The notes under the pieces were generated by a model. The model did no database searches and was not told the DNA's origin. It saw only the letters and a list, made by a program, of their open reading frames with translations. From a virus (Duplodnaviria > Heunggongvirae > Uroviricota > Caudoviricetes): a stretch of DNA of 64,000 bases. The DNA lies in the IMG/VR virus record IMGVR_UViG_3300028886_000031, positions 152,485 to 216,484 of that record; one strand, written 5' to 3'. Shown piece after piece: positions 10,662 to 20,377 of this stretch. The position numbers and the translations under genes were made by a program. Within the stretch, counting starts at the first letter, position 1. The number at the start of each line of letters is the position of its first letter.

Positions 10662-11036
10662 ATGAAAACATATAGTTTTTTAAATGAGTTTATATTGCTT
10701 TGTCCAAAAGCAATAGATAATAAAATTGTTCAACTTGTCGATAATTATTTTGGAATTAAATATGGCATAGATTATACAGATAGGACACTTCTATCTGATA
10801 TAATGAAAACTACGGACTTCCTAGAAATCATATCCAGAATATCTAAAAATTATAATATTAGATCAGAAATTCCAGAAAAGATATATGATCTAGCAAAATC
10901 ACTAGATAATATAACATTTGGTCAATTTGTTTACACTATAAAAGAGTATATTAAATATTATAGTATAAATAAAATGAAGTCCAATGATTATGGACTTATA
11001 GATGGAAAATTTAACAAAACAATATCCACACTCTAA
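10662..11036 (+). CDS. Hypothetical protein with YSFLxE leader (124 aa)
   Basis: MKTYSFLNE start; weak acyl-carrier-like helical pattern. Confidence 0.7.
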   Translation: MKTYSFLNEFILLCPKAIDNKIVQLVDNYFGIKYGIDYTDRTLLSDIMKTTDFLEIISRISKNYNIRSEIPEKIYDLAKSLDNITFGQFVYTIKEYIKYYSINKMKSNDYGLIDGKFNKTISTL

Positions 11037-11082
11037 ATTTAATTAGAATGTGGATATTATTAGTAGAGATAGTTTATTAGAA

Positions 11083-11772
11083 TTATCTAATAATGCAAAG
11101 TTGACCTTTTCTGCTATACTTTGTATTTAAGGTCGCTGTCCATGTACCATATACAGAAGCAACATCAGTAACACTTGAATAATATGCCGAACATGGTCCA
11201 ATTAAACGCGTAGGAGAAACATGTCCATATGCTCTACAGCCACATCCAAGTGTTCCTGTAACATAACCTTTGAGTTTATCTGGAACTCTACATCCTTTAA
11301 TTTTCTTTGTTGTAGATTTTCCAGCTCCGGCTATTGTAACATATAGAGATGTTTCTTCATCTACTTCGCCAATATTATAACTCGGTTCAGCTTCGAGATA
11401 GAATACCACACTTGGAGTCTCAAACTTCTTCGTTTTATTATCTCCAACGTAAACCCAGCGTCTAAATAAAACATCATCGTTTACTCTGCATTTATAAGTA
11501 ATGTTCTTACCATTAATCTTATGTGTTTTATTTACGAGCTGATCTATTTCTATTATTGCGTTAGAGTCACTATCTGTATAAGTGACATACATGTAACCAG
11601 TGATTTTCTGTCTCTGGTATTTTCTATATCCAAGAGAACTATTGTTGTTATAGATTCTTGGTATATTTAGTGCTAGCTTTAGATCATAAACATCTGTAAT
11701 TTCAGCTGCATTAGATTTTCCAAAGGATGTTAATGTTAGAAAGCATAGCACATATCGTGCTATATTTTTCAT
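11083..11772 (-). CDS. Secreted/periplasmic beta-rich protein (229 aa)
   Basis: SD AAGGAA; signal peptide ending ...SNA-A; Cys-containing C-terminus. Confidence 0.75.
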   Translation of the reverse strand: MKNIARYVLCFLTLTSFGKSNAAEITDVYDLKLALNIPRIYNNNSSLGYRKYQRQKITGYMYVTYTDSDSNAIIEIDQLVNKTHKINGKNITYKCRVNDDVLFRRWVYVGDNKTKKFETPSVVFYLEAEPSYNIGEVDEETSLYVTIAGAGKSTTKKIKGCRVPDKLKGYVTGTLGCGCRAYGHVSPTRLIGPCSAYYSSVTDVASVYGTWTATLNTKYSRKGQLCIIR

Positions 11773-11837
11773 AACTATTCCTTTGTTTAGAATGAATAAT
11801 ATTATTTATTCTATCATACAAAGGAATAGTTTGAGAA

Positions 11838-12629
11838 CTATTTACTATTTGGTTGTAGAGAATTATATGCTAAAACGCCAGCACCACCTAATCCAGCAGC
11901 AGTATAACCTAGAGTCTTTTTAGTTCCGCTCCAGGCTGTGGATCCAATCTTTTTCATGGTTTCACCTCTAGCTTTTTTAGCTCTAAGTGCTTCAGCTTTT
12001 TTCTGTCTAGCTAGTCTTATTTCTTCTTCTTTTTGTTTCTTGAACGTTTCACCAACGCCCATCTTATCTTTTACGGCTTGTTGTCTTTGTGCTTGTGCAG
12101 CTTTTGCTTCTGGAGTCATTGGTGTTATTGGTGTCACTGGTTTACTAGGAGGAGGTCTTCTATATGTCCTTTCAGTAATTCCAGGAGCAAGAGTCTTGCC
12201 ACTTGCCGCTGGATTTGGAGCTGCTGTTGTACTTGCAGCGTTCTTTTTATTCCAATTTGTAATATCAGACATTATCTGATCTTGAGTTCTTGGAGTCGGA
12301 GCGGCAGGTGCTGCTGGAGGAACAGGTTTTTTAATTGGTTTAAGTTTCATTCTACCAGGAGTCTGAGCAGTAGGTGCTACTGGAGTAACAGGAGGAGTTG
12401 GAACTGGAGCAGGAGTCCTTCTAATTGGTTTAAGCACTACTGGTTTTCGTTGTGCTGCAATCATAGCATCCGCTCTTTGATTTGCAACATCTAGAGCGGT
12501 TTTTAGTGCTGGTTTTTGTACTATTTTTTTACCAGCTTCTGCTACTTTCGTACCAGTTTTTGCCATCGCTATATCTACCGCTGTCTTTAATTTGCCAGCT
12601 TCCGTTAATAAAAAACTATATTTTATCAT
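11838..12629 (-). CDS. Pro/Ala/Lys-rich putative internal virion protein with C-terminal Gly-rich helix (263 aa)
   Basis: MIKYSFLLTE leader; low-complexity core; TAAGLGGAGVLAYN tail. Confidence 0.75.
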   Translation of the reverse strand: MIKYSFLLTEAGKLKTAVDIAMAKTGTKVAEAGKKIVQKPALKTALDVANQRADAMIAAQRKPVVLKPIRRTPAPVPTPPVTPVAPTAQTPGRMKLKPIKKPVPPAAPAAPTPRTQDQIMSDITNWNKKNAASTTAAPNPAASGKTLAPGITERTYRRPPPSKPVTPITPMTPEAKAAQAQRQQAVKDKMGVGETFKKQKEEEIRLARQKKAEALRAKKARGETMKKIGSTAWSGTKKTLGYTAAGLGGAGVLAYNSLQPNSK

Positions 12630-12642
12630 AATCTAAATTCCT

Positions 12643-13161
12643 TTAATCCGTTGTCATATTATATAATCCAATACCACCGAGACCAACTAGTCCAGCAGTT
12701 GTACCAATAGCGTTAGCAGTACCTTTTGTTGCTGATATAGTTGTATTTTTAATTCCTTTTCCTGTTTTTTTGGCTTTCTTTTTAAGTTTGCTCATACCTC
12801 TGCCAAAACTATCTTTAATAGCAGTTCCTTTGGATCTTAACTCATCCATAAGTTCATTTCTAGAGCTATGCCAATTTTGTTCAGTATTAGCAAAATCAGA
12901 AATTTTATCACGTAATTTTCCAAGTTTACGGAGACTCATATTTGGATTTTCATATCCAGCTAATGCTTGTGTATTAAATACTAGATCTGAAGGATTTAGA
13001 TGATGGGAACTTGTAAATTTCGTACCTTTCTTTATATATCTTCCACCTTTGCCAAATCCAAATAAATGCTCTTTTGTATGTCTCCAGTCATCACGCATAA
13101 ATCTTCCGAATTTCCTTAGAAGTTTATCTTCTAGAAGTAGAATTGGATTTAGATTATACAT
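12643..13161 (-). CDS. Basic putative internal virion protein (172 aa)
   Basis: MYNLNPILLLE leader; TAGLVGLGGIGLYN tail. Confidence 0.75.
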   Translation of the reverse strand: MYNLNPILLLEDKLLRKFGRFMRDDWRHTKEHLFGFGKGGRYIKKGTKFTSSHHLNPSDLVFNTQALAGYENPNMSLRKLGKLRDKISDFANTEQNWHSSRNELMDELRSKGTAIKDSFGRGMSKLKKKAKKTGKGIKNTTISATKGTANAIGTTAGLVGLGGIGLYNMTTD

Positions 13162-13163
13162 TA

Positions 13164-14027
13164 TTATTTACCACGACCAAAAAGCTTACCTAACCAACTA
13201 GGACTATCTTTATATGCAGTAATTGCATCAGCTTTAAGAGTACCAGAATCAAATGCTTCTTTTGCTGCATCTGCTGCAGACACCATTTTTTCATTAGAAC
13301 TCTTTAATACAATACCAATATCAGCAGGTAAACCAGCATTAGCAACTTCAGCTTCTATTTGAGCATTTGAAAGATTAAATTTAGCTTTGAGTTTTCTTGC
13401 TTGTGCTATAAGCCTACGCTTTTCCTCTGGCGTTGTGCTAGGATTTTCTAAACTAGCTTTAAGTTTCTGTAATGTATCAGATAGCTGTGATTTTGCCAGT
13501 ACAGCACTTCGTGGCAAAGGCGTTTTAGAAGCAGTTCCTAATTGTGCAGCAATTTCTCTTGCTTGATTAGCAGCGCTTCCATATTCCTCTGCTGCTTGCG
13601 CTGCCATTTTTTCACCCTGCTTTACTTGTGCACGAGCTTGTTTTCCGGTGCTTTTTACTATATCTATACCATCTGCATGCGCGGCAGCGTCTCCAATTCC
13701 TATTACTCCTCTACGTCTAGCTCCATGTAAATCTCGTATAGCTTCACGTGCTTTTTTTGTAGCTTGATCAACACTTCCTCTGACTTCATCTGCTGCAGCT
13801 TGTTTTTTCCTAGCAGAACCAGAAAGTAAAGATCCAAAGAAGTTATGCCACCTTCCTTTATCTGTTGAAGGTAGCATATGAATTCTTCCACCTTTTTCTA
13901 CAGTCTTAACTTTTCCAGAAAGTAATCTTGCAAAATCATCTAATGACATTCCAGCTTGTTTAGCACCTCTACCAAGCAATGTACCAGTAGCTTCATGTAG
14001 AGTTAAAAAATTATATTCTCTTCTCAT
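13164..14027 (-). CDS. Ala-rich helical putative internal virion protein (287 aa)
   Basis: MRREYNFLTLHE leader; co-oriented with its neighbours. Confidence 0.75.
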   Translation of the reverse strand: MRREYNFLTLHEATGTLLGRGAKQAGMSLDDFARLLSGKVKTVEKGGRIHMLPSTDKGRWHNFFGSLLSGSARKKQAAADEVRGSVDQATKKAREAIRDLHGARRRGVIGIGDAAAHADGIDIVKSTGKQARAQVKQGEKMAAQAAEEYGSAANQAREIAAQLGTASKTPLPRSAVLAKSQLSDTLQKLKASLENPSTTPEEKRRLIAQARKLKAKFNLSNAQIEAEVANAGLPADIGIVLKSSNEKMVSAADAAKEAFDSGTLKADAITAYKDSPSWLGKLFGRGK

Positions 14028-14051
14028 ACTAAAATCTCTTTAATTGTGTTT

Positions 14052-14426
14052 TTATAATTTTTTCAATCTTATTATATCTATAATCCCAACTTGCCATCTA
14101 TCTTTATTCTTGAAATTATTTGTTGATGTAAGAATCCAGATACAATTTCCAATTTGACCACATTCATTAATTCCATCTATATTGGATTTAGACCAATGAT
14201 CACTTACTCTAACAAGTTTTGTCTTATCTGGACTAAAGAAATACGCAGAACTTACCTTTCCACGTTTTTTGGAAAAGTATTTAAATACATATCCTTCGTT
14301 CTTAATCCTATTTAGGATCTGATTAAGATCATTTCCACTAAAAAGAAACTTAAATTCTCCATAAGTATTATGGTTATAATCAGAAAGAAATGCTTCTGTT
14401 AGAAAACTGTATTTTTTTATTAGCAT
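14052..14426 (-). CDS. Hypothetical protein with KYSFLTE leader (124 aa)
   Basis: S.YF......LVRVSDHWS..........GQIGNCIW motif seen in small phage proteins. Confidence 0.75.
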   Translation of the reverse strand: MLIKKYSFLTEAFLSDYNHNTYGEFKFLFSGNDLNQILNRIKNEGYVFKYFSKKRGKVSSAYFFSPDKTKLVRVSDHWSKSNIDGINECGQIGNCIWILTSTNNFKNKDRWQVGIIDIIRLKKL

Positions 14427-14532
14427 AATATTGTATTTTAATTTATTTAAAAAATAATTTTTTATCTATATATATTAAATAATGTAATCTAGTCATTCCA
14501 TATCTATTTAAACCAAAGAAAGGAGAAAGAGA

Positions 14533-15024
14533 ATGGAAGAAAAGAAACCAGATATCTCCCAAGAGGAGAAAAATATAATAATGCAGGTAACAACTGCAAT
14601 AGAGACAGAAGCACATAAAACAATATGCATGAACGTATACAATGCCATACAGAAAGACAAAGATAAAGATCCGAAAACATATGATCACATACTAACAAAG
14701 ATAATACTTATGAAGGTACTTGGTGATCACATAAATATTCTCATTAGATTCTGTGATGAAACGAAGAAAGAATTTCCATGGAAGTTAATCTACAGTCTGT
14801 GTGACCTTTTCAATTCAGAAATAACTGCCATGCTTAAACTTGCTGAGACTATGGTAGATAGAGAAGTTCTACTCAAAATGCTGGATGATGTCATGCATGG
14901 AAAGTTCTTCAATGAATCTGAGTCTGAATCTAATTCCGAATCTGAGAAAGAAATTTCAAATTCGGAAGAAAAATATGAACAGACAAAAGACGAAAAGCAA
15001 TCACTCTGGAACATGGATCAATAG
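14533..15024 (+). CDS. Acidic hypothetical protein (163 aa)
   Basis: SD AAAGGAG; early-type motif CTATATATATTAAATAAT at 14466-14483. Confidence 0.8.
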   Translation: MEEKKPDISQEEKNIIMQVTTAIETEAHKTICMNVYNAIQKDKDKDPKTYDHILTKIILMKVLGDHINILIRFCDETKKEFPWKLIYSLCDLFNSEITAMLKLAETMVDREVLLKMLDDVMHGKFFNESESESNSESEKEISNSEEKYEQTKDEKQSLWNMDQ

Positions 15025-15041
15025 TAGATATCACTCGAACT

Positions 15042-15059
15042 CTATATATATTAATAGAT
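15042..15059 (+). promoter_or_regulatory. Early-type promoter of the long 15.2-29.7 kb operon
   Basis: CTATATATATTAATAGAT motif. Confidence 0.6.
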
Positions 15060-15215
15060 GTGGTACTAAGAAATTAATTTTGCGTTTTAGAGTTGGGCGC
15101 GAAGTTCATTTCTTAACTTCATGTCGTGGGTGCGATGTGGAGTTAGTAGACGTCTGGAATGGAGAACTAACCACCTCCTTAAGTTCCAGACGTCTACTTA
15201 CCACGCGTTTTTTCT
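15060..15215 (+). ncRNA. Structured 5' leader / attenuator-like RNA
   Basis: Perfect 15-bp stem 15145-15159 / 15184-15198, extended by GTGG/CCAC, followed by T tract; GC-richer than flanks. Confidence 0.5.
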
Positions 15216-15234
15216 AAAAAGAAAGGAATCAACA

Positions 15235-16476
15235 ATGACAGAGTTAACAATTCCAAATTCAAATATTACATATCGTGAGGTATTTAACGATTTAATAAGT
15301 AGAGCTAGTAAACATCCAATGTTCAAATCTTTTGAACTTCAACTTCTATTACCAATTACGCATGCTTTTGTAAATAAAGAGCCTGTTTTTAGATTTCATA
15401 AATATTCTGTAAAAGATGTAGATTGGAATGTTGTGGATACACATTGGTTTAAATATACATGGAATGGAAATTATGATTATCATTGTTTCTTTAACAAAAT
15501 AACTGGATTCACAATTAGATTTGGACATGATGTAAAGGATGAGCCAAAATATTGTAATTTAGGTCCAGAAATTCTGGATTTGGAAATATCAGTAAACGGA
15601 TGTCCAAAAGTTGGAGGACATAACTGCAAGTTTTGTTATAAGAATAATAGTGATAAACCTCCGACGAACATGAGTTTTGAAACATTTAAGAAAATATTTG
15701 ATTCGATGCCAAAATGTTTGTATAGTATAGCGTTTGGAATCACTGGAGTTCAAACAAATCCAGATTTCCCAAAAATGCTAGAATATTGTTATGAGAATGA
15801 TGTTATTCCAAATTATACATTAAGTGGTGCAGATTTAAATGATGAGATATTAGAAGTTACATCTAAATATTGTGGTGCTGTTGCTGTATCTTGTTATGAA
15901 GGCAATAAGCAATTGTGTTATGATACAATTAAAAAGATGTATGAAGGATCTAAATTTAAACTTCATGTAAACATGCATATTGTTTTAAGTGAAGATCCAA
16001 TCCAGTTGGCACATATTTGGGATGTTCTTAAAGATATTAAAGAAAAGAAAGTTGCTGGATTAAGAAATATTGTTTTTCTAAGAATCAAGCCTGTTGGTAG
16101 AGCAGGTAAGATGGATTGCAAAATTCATTTGGATACATATAAGAAAATTATGACATTTTGTATGGAAAACAATATCGGTTTTGGATTTGATAGTTGTTCA
16201 GCAAAGACCGCAGCAAAGGTCTTAAAGGAACTTGGACACGAAGAATTAATAGATTGTTGTGAACCATGTGAAAGTTCACGCATGTCGGCATATATTTCTG
16301 TAGATGGTAAATATTGGAACTGTTCATTCTGTGAACGTTCTGATTGGTTCAAGCCTATTAATGTATTAGATTATAACAATTTTATAGATGTCTGGCACAT
16401 GCCTGAGGTTATGAGAGTTAGAAATATAGAAACTGACCAAAGTTGCCCAGTTTATGATTTGGACTCAAAGGAGTAA
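15235..16476 (+). CDS. Radical SAM protein (413 aa)
   Basis: SD AAAGGAA, ATG 15235; LEISVNGCPKVGGHNCKFCY (CX7CX2C variant); C-terminal Cys cluster CEPCES...WNCSFCE...C. Confidence 0.8.
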   Translation: MTELTIPNSNITYREVFNDLISRASKHPMFKSFELQLLLPITHAFVNKEPVFRFHKYSVKDVDWNVVDTHWFKYTWNGNYDYHCFFNKITGFTIRFGHDVKDEPKYCNLGPEILDLEISVNGCPKVGGHNCKFCYKNNSDKPPTNMSFETFKKIFDSMPKCLYSIAFGITGVQTNPDFPKMLEYCYENDVIPNYTLSGADLNDEILEVTSKYCGAVAVSCYEGNKQLCYDTIKKMYEGSKFKLHVNMHIVLSEDPIQLAHIWDVLKDIKEKKVAGLRNIVFLRIKPVGRAGKMDCKIHLDTYKKIMTFCMENNIGFGFDSCSAKTAAKVLKELGHEELIDCCEPCESSRMSAYISVDGKYWNCSFCERSDWFKPINVLDYNNFIDVWHMPEVMRVRNIETDQSCPVYDLDSKE

Positions 16477-16478
16477 GA

Positions 16479-16931
16479 ATGAAAAAAGAAGACCTTTATT
16501 TCGTAACATTACCTGGAGATATAGATAAAGATTATAATCTTGGTGCAATTAACTTGCTGACTAGGAGATTTCATAAACCTCACCCAAAAGGAGGTCATCC
16601 TATTTGGCTAGATGAACCAATGTTTTTTATAAATGTACAGCATAAAGATAGATTAATTGAAAGTGTGACAGATGATTCATATTGGTATGGGTATGAAGTT
16701 GTCAAAGATAAAGACTTAGCAAAACTGCAACAATATTTACTTTCAAATAAAGATAAGATTATTCATGATCTTAAAGAGTTACATGAAAGTCCAAGATGTG
16801 ATCATAGAATATTCGAAATAGTTAGTGTTAATACTTTTAAAGCTGTATGTCTGATAGATATAGAAAAAGGTATAATAACACCATATAATAAAAGAAGATC
16901 AAAAAAAAGGAGTAAGCAATGTACGCAATAG
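16479..16931 (+). CDS. Hypothetical protein
   Basis: SD AAGGAG; tightly packed operon. Confidence 0.75.
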   Translation: MKKEDLYFVTLPGDIDKDYNLGAINLLTRRFHKPHPKGGHPIWLDEPMFFINVQHKDRLIESVTDDSYWYGYEVVKDKDLAKLQQYLLSNKDKIIHDLKELHESPRCDHRIFEIVSVNTFKAVCLIDIEKGIITPYNKRRSKKRSKQCTQ

Positions 16932-17263
16932 CATTTAAAGATGATGCTACGTTACAAGTGCTTAAAGATAATATTTACAATGCTTGGGAAAGTAATAAAA
17001 TACTACAATACATAAATACTTATGTATTAGATAAAACAAGATATACATTTTCCGTTAAAGAATTTCTAGAACGATATAAAATATATAATCCGGAATCTAC
17101 GGATTTATTTAACTATAAAAAAATAATTGCCGTGCCAGATTCAGCATTTTCAAAAACTATGGCACCAATTGGAAAATTTCTTGAACATGTATTATTATAT
17201 GAGGTAATATATATGTCACCAGATATAATTAAATTTGATAACTTTGCTGAAGTATTAAAATAA
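16919..17263 (+). CDS. Hypothetical protein
   Basis: SD AAAGGAG; overlaps previous stop. Confidence 0.75.
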   Translation: MYAIAFKDDATLQVLKDNIYNAWESNKILQYINTYVLDKTRYTFSVKEFLERYKIYNPESTDLFNYKKIIAVPDSAFSKTMAPIGKFLEHVLLYEVIYMSPDIIKFDNFAEVLK

Positions 17264-17290
17264 GTTGCTATTAGAAAGGAGTAAAAAACA

Positions 17291-17704
17291 ATGAATACAG
17301 ATCATCTTGATCCAGCACCGGAAATGCCAAAGAAATATCGTTCAGATAGTCAAAATAAAATGTGTCCATATGAAGAAATAACGAAATTCTATTTGGAACA
17401 GATAAATAATACAACAAGATATTGTCAAGAATGTTTAGCAAAACACATGGTAGTATATCCTAGATATAATGATCCAGAATATCAAGATAAGATAAAGAAA
17501 GAAAATAATTCTACAGAAAAACAGAATGATATTCAAATACCGCCTATGGTGCAGGTAAGAGTTAAGACAAAACATCTTAAAGAAATGGCTGTACATTTAC
17601 TTCAGATTATTAAAGGCTATGCTCCAGAATATGCTATTCCAGTAGATTTTGGATATATGTTGTATGAAATAACAAAAGAAGATCAAGAAAGGAATGAACA
17701 ATGA
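17291..17704 (+). CDS. Hypothetical protein
   Basis: SD AAAGGAG. Confidence 0.75.
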   Translation: MNTDHLDPAPEMPKKYRSDSQNKMCPYEEITKFYLEQINNTTRYCQECLAKHMVVYPRYNDPEYQDKIKKENNSTEKQNDIQIPPMVQVRVKTKHLKEMAVHLLQIIKGYAPEYAIPVDFGYMLYEITKEDQERNEQ

Positions 17705-17859
17705 TAAAATGGATTAAAAAAATGATTTGTAAAATTAGAGGACATCATAATTGGGTACGTTGTTGTTATGGTGGTCTTAGTGGATCTTATTTTGTAACTA
17801 AATGTAGTTGTTGCGACGTTGAAAAACCGGATTCATTTGAACCAGAAACGAGTTATTAA
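17701..17859 (+). CDS. Small Cys/His-rich protein (52 aa), not in ORF track
   Basis: ATGA overlap with the previous gene, SD AAAGGAA; MIKWIKKMICKIRGHHNW...KCSCC. Confidence 0.6.
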   Translation: MIKWIKKMICKIRGHHNWVRCCYGGLSGSYFVTKCSCCDVEKPDSFEPETSY

Positions 17860-17869
17860 ATGAATAATC

Positions 17870-18295
17870 TTGAAGTCGTTTATGGAATGGGATGAATTAA
17901 AATCAGGATATGTTATTAGGTTTACTCCAGTTTATAGAGAGTCTATAACATCAAATGAATGGTATGATGTAAAAATTATCATATTACTTGGTGAGAAATG
18001 TTCAGATGGATCTTCATTCGTTGGTAATGTTCTCGCAGGATTAGATTATCCAAAAGATGTTTATAGATCACTTATGATTCCAAATAGGGATGTTATGAGC
18101 ACAGTAACGATTCCTTATAGTAAATTTAGTAAATTCAAAGATTGTATTACATTAGCAGATAAATCAGATTATAAATCAATTGCAGATAGAATTAATAGTC
18201 ATATTCAAAGTTATTTTGATTTATATAATACTGAAAAGATATGGGGTGAATTTATTTTAAAGAAAGTTAATGAATTCCTGTCACATAAAAAATAG
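17870..18295 (+). CDS. Hypothetical protein
   Basis: Operon position; start may be ATG 17882. Confidence 0.7.
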   Translation: MKSFMEWDELKSGYVIRFTPVYRESITSNEWYDVKIIILLGEKCSDGSSFVGNVLAGLDYPKDVYRSLMIPNRDVMSTVTIPYSKFSKFKDCITLADKSDYKSIADRINSHIQSYFDLYNTEKIWGEFILKKVNEFLSHKK

Positions 18296-18304
18296 GAGAA
18301 TGGA

Positions 18305-18583
18305 ATGAATGAACTAAAAGTTGTTTACATAGTGGAATGGTTTGGGAGAGGTCCTACAAGACTCTCCCAAAACATTACCAAAGATAGAAAAGGTTTACAA
18401 AAATATATAGATAAACTTCTAAATAAAAGAAATAATAATATTGAAATAAAAGGAAATAGCCCAGATATGTTTACGGCTTTAGATATCAATGATAATTATA
18501 GTGGTATTCGTATATATTCTAGACCAGTCATAGACAAACTAGAGCATATTGATTTGTTGCGTCCAAATGCTTTACACTTTTAG
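18305..18583 (+). CDS. Hypothetical protein
   Basis: SD AGGAG. Confidence 0.7.
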   Translation: MNELKVVYIVEWFGRGPTRLSQNITKDRKGLQKYIDKLLNKRNNNIEIKGNSPDMFTALDINDNYSGIRIYSRPVIDKLEHIDLLRPNALHF

Positions 18584-18596
18584 AAAGGAGTAAACA

Positions 18597-18902
18597 ATGA
18601 AAATAGTTGAAAAAGAAGAAATTAGACGGACAATAAAACCAGTATATGATGTTGGTGATATTGTATGTGTTCATATGGATAGGAATACTGAAAAGTGGGG
18701 AATTATTACATATAAATCCAAAAATGACACTTATAGTGTTAGCCTTTTTGGTAAGAATGAAGCACTATCAATTAGGATAAGTTATGGCAATATAAATCCA
18801 TATGAGCTCGTATATGAAACTAAAATGAAACGTCTTATGAGAAAAGATCCAGATATAGAGAGACAGAAATATTTAGCGAATAAGTTAAAACAGAAAGGTT
18901 AG
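18597..18902 (+). CDS. Hypothetical protein, SH3/KOW-like beta barrel
   Basis: SD AAAGGAG; YDVGDIV motif. Confidence 0.7.
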   Translation: MKIVEKEEIRRTIKPVYDVGDIVCVHMDRNTEKWGIITYKSKNDTYSVSLFGKNEALSIRISYGNINPYELVYETKMKRLMRKDPDIERQKYLANKLKQKG

Positions 18903-19043
18903 TCATGAACACTTATGACGAAATTATGGAAACATATTTAGAAACAATGAGTAAAGCACCAAAAGAATGTCAAGAATGTACAAGGAGACATTTTATAGGC
19001 TGTAGTGGATGTGAATATTCAAAATATTGGGAGAATAGAAGAA

Positions 19044-19310
19044 ATGAACAAAAAGTATAAAATTGGAGATATTGTTTACATAGATAAACCTTCACTTCTT
19101 AATAAAATGGAAAAATCATGGTTCATTATTATCGGAGTAATTCGTTATAATGAAGAACAACCAGAGTATAGTAAATATAGAGGAATATTCTTGAATGATC
19201 TTCCATTAGTACATGAAATAAATCAATATCAAATTTCTAATGAGACAGCATATGTTCATATGGATGTAAATGATGCTAGTGACATTACAATTGTTCATAG
19301 ATTATTCTAA
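19044..19310 (+). CDS. Hypothetical protein, SH3-like beta barrel
   Basis: ATG 19044; KYKIGDIVY motif. Confidence 0.65.
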   Translation: MNKKYKIGDIVYIDKPSLLNKMEKSWFIIIGVIRYNEEQPEYSKYRGIFLNDLPLVHEINQYQISNETAYVHMDVNDASDITIVHRLF

Positions 19311-19479
19311 AGGAGATAAACAGAGATGGATCAAAATGAACTTTCTAAAGAGATAGATCACATATTAGATTTCTATTCTATTAATTTAGATAGAGATGCC
19401 ATTAAGAAAGATATTATACAGCTTATTGAAAAACAGAAACAAGATCTTGTATGCTCAATATTTAAAGGATTAGCACACG

Positions 19480-19668
19480 ATGACAGAAAATGAAATTTCA
19501 TGTAAGTTAGATCTTGTCTGTGAAAAATTAGATGAGATAATAGAAATATTAATTTATCAATCTAGATCAGATAATGAAAGTAAAAGAGAATTAAAGAAGA
19601 AGTATGATGAATTAAGAAAATCTAAGGATAGACCATTTAGATATGATTATGATGGATATGATCCGTAA
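19480..19668 (+). CDS. Small hypothetical protein
   Basis: SD AAGGA; operon position. Confidence 0.6.
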   Translation: MTENEISCKLDLVCEKLDEIIEILIYQSRSDNESKRELKKKYDELRKSKDRPFRYDYDGYDP

Positions 19669-19683
19669 ACAGAAAGGAAAACG

Positions 19684-19932
19684 ATGGCAAAAGAAGAATC
19701 ACTTGTTATGAAGTATGCTGTTCTAACAGAGGAAACAGCAAACTCTATAGATATAAATGATCCTAGACAAATAAGAAAATTGAAATTGTATGATGATCTA
19801 GATGAAGCTAAATTAGTATGTGCTGTAAAAGATATGAGACATCCAGAATACAAGTATGCTGTATATGTATTAGAGTATGTAATCTATTTATTTAAGAAGT
19901 ACAAGGAAGGAGAAAATAAAAATGGAACTTGA
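19684..19932 (+). CDS. Hypothetical protein
   Basis: SD AAAGGAA. Confidence 0.7.
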   Translation: MAKEESLVMKYAVLTEETANSIDINDPRQIRKLKLYDDLDEAKLVCAVKDMRHPEYKYAVYVLEYVIYLFKKYKEGENKNGT

Positions 19933-20176
19933 AGACATGAATCCTACAGATGTTAGATGGGAAATAATTAAAAATGTTTATGACAAGAATGTAACAAGTG
20001 ATATTAAAAAACAAATTAGTGGATCTCCTGCTAATGTTATGGCTGCTATTACTATGATGTTTTGTATGAGTTTTGTACCAGCATTAAAATTTGAAAATAA
20101 TGAAGAGTTATTAGAAATACAGAATAGACTTTACAAATACCATTTAGAACTTATGGAGAAAGGAGAGGATAAATGA
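19922..20176 (+). CDS. Hypothetical protein
   Basis: SD AAGGAG; overlap with previous gene. Confidence 0.7.
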   Translation: MELEDMNPTDVRWEIIKNVYDKNVTSDIKKQISGSPANVMAAITMMFCMSFVPALKFENNEELLEIQNRLYKYHLELMEKGEDK

Positions 20177-20367
20177 GTATCTTTTATAGGTTAATAAAAG
20201 GTTTACCAACTAAGCCTGGAGATATTGCCGTTATTAGACATAATAATTGCTTATTACCAATAGATTTAAAAGCTATGAATCGACTACACATGTGTATGGA
20301 ATTTGATGGTGATGGTATTATGACTTTAAGAAAAGTTTCTAATAAAAGAAATTTGAACTTAACCTGA
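20173..20367 (+). CDS. Small hypothetical protein
   Basis: ATGA coupling; SD GAGG. Confidence 0.6.
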   Translation: MSIFYRLIKGLPTKPGDIAVIRHNNCLLPIDLKAMNRLHMCMEFDGDGIMTLRKVSNKRNLNLT

Positions 20368-20377
20368 AAGGAAAACA

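Noticed and set aside
11938-13891. Overlapping ORFs 11938-12279, 12033-12494, 12770-13003, 13542-13730 and 13703-13891
   Set aside because: Shadows of leader-bearing minus-strand genes with biased composition.
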